From Acidimicrobiia bacterium (GTDB taxonomy: Bacteria > Actinomycetota > Acidimicrobiia > Acidimicrobiales > CATQHL01): 64,000 nucleotides of DNA. Made by a program: the position numbers and the translations under genes. How positions within the stretch are numbered: position 1 is the stretch's first letter; the number at the start of each line of letters is the position of its first letter. The DNA is taken from positions 29,396-93,395 of the forward strand of contig VXXM01000071.1 of NCBI GenBank assembly GCA_009835395.1. Direction: 5' to 3'. The notes beneath the pieces were generated by a model. The model ran no database searches and was not told where the DNA came from. It saw only the letters and a list, made by a program, of their open reading frames with translations. Below, in pieces: positions 63,952 to 64,000 of this stretch.

Positions 63952-64000
63952 GTGAGATTCGCCCTGTCGGAGGTGGCCGGCATCGTCGGCGGCGAATTGG
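63952..64000 (+). CDS. possible 5' end of murF-like gene (only 16 codons in window)
   Basis: A GTG followed by RFALSEVAGIVGGEL resembles MurF N-termini and sits next to ddl. It is too short to be sure. Confidence 0.25.
   Translation, partial: MRFALSEVAGIVGGEL

Noticed and set aside
1-64000. Search for rRNA, tRNA, CRISPR arrays, toxin-antitoxin or classical defence genes, and IS elements.
   Set aside because: I saw no cloverleaf-like or rRNA-like non-coding stretches; all gaps are under 300 nt. There are no regularly spaced repeats beyond the two tandem repeats reported. No transposase, integrase, restriction or Cas-like motifs appear in any frame I read.

Overview
This is a very GC-rich, actinobacterial-type chromosomal segment, judged by eye with nothing computed. 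It is densely packed with about 52 protein-coding genes, many joined by 4-nt ATGA or GTGA start/stop overlaps. I found no rRNA, tRNA, CRISPR array, transposase, integrase or phage genes.

Layout:
- 1-6.7 kb: the tail of a flavoprotein/VOC pair and a complete Liv-type ABC importer. Its lipoprotein binding protein carries a roughly 165-residue Ala/Glu-rich tether.
- 6.9-30.9 kb: a large acyl-CoA-centred catabolic island. It contains a FadH-like dienoyl-CoA reductase, two acyl-CoA ligases, a crotonase, two acyl-CoA dehydrogenases, SDRs, a CMD-family protein, an amidohydrolase-2 protein, a DUF35 plus thiolase-fold pair, and two paralogous uncharacterised proteins. It also holds a 10-gene coupled operon joining a split B12 acyl-CoA mutase and MeaB to two P450s, two SDRs, a SnoaL-fold protein, a heme-oxygenase-like di-iron protein and an ACAD, with a divergent TetR regulator.
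- 30.9-41.4 kb: cyclophilin, an MFS transporter, a second complete Liv-type ABC importer, a molybdopterin oxidoreductase and a DAO-type flavoprotein.
- 41.4-48.5 kb: an AddAB/AdnAB-type helicase-nuclease pair.
- 48.5-57 kb: divergent malate synthase G and long-form isocitrate lyase around a strikingly AT-rich control region, then an amidohydrolase and a mitochondrial-type aconitase.
- 57-62.7 kb: an operon of fatty acyl-CoA reductase-HAD fusion, LarA-like protein and PlsC-type acyltransferase, with a divergent TetR and three palindromic operators.
- 62.7-64 kb: ddl and a possible murF 5' end.

The best candidates for undescribed biology are the mutase/P450/di-iron operon, the internally duplicated hypothetical family present twice beside acyl-CoA ligases, and the FAR-LarA-PlsC lipid operon. 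All functional calls rest on motifs and manual alignment from memory. No database search was run.
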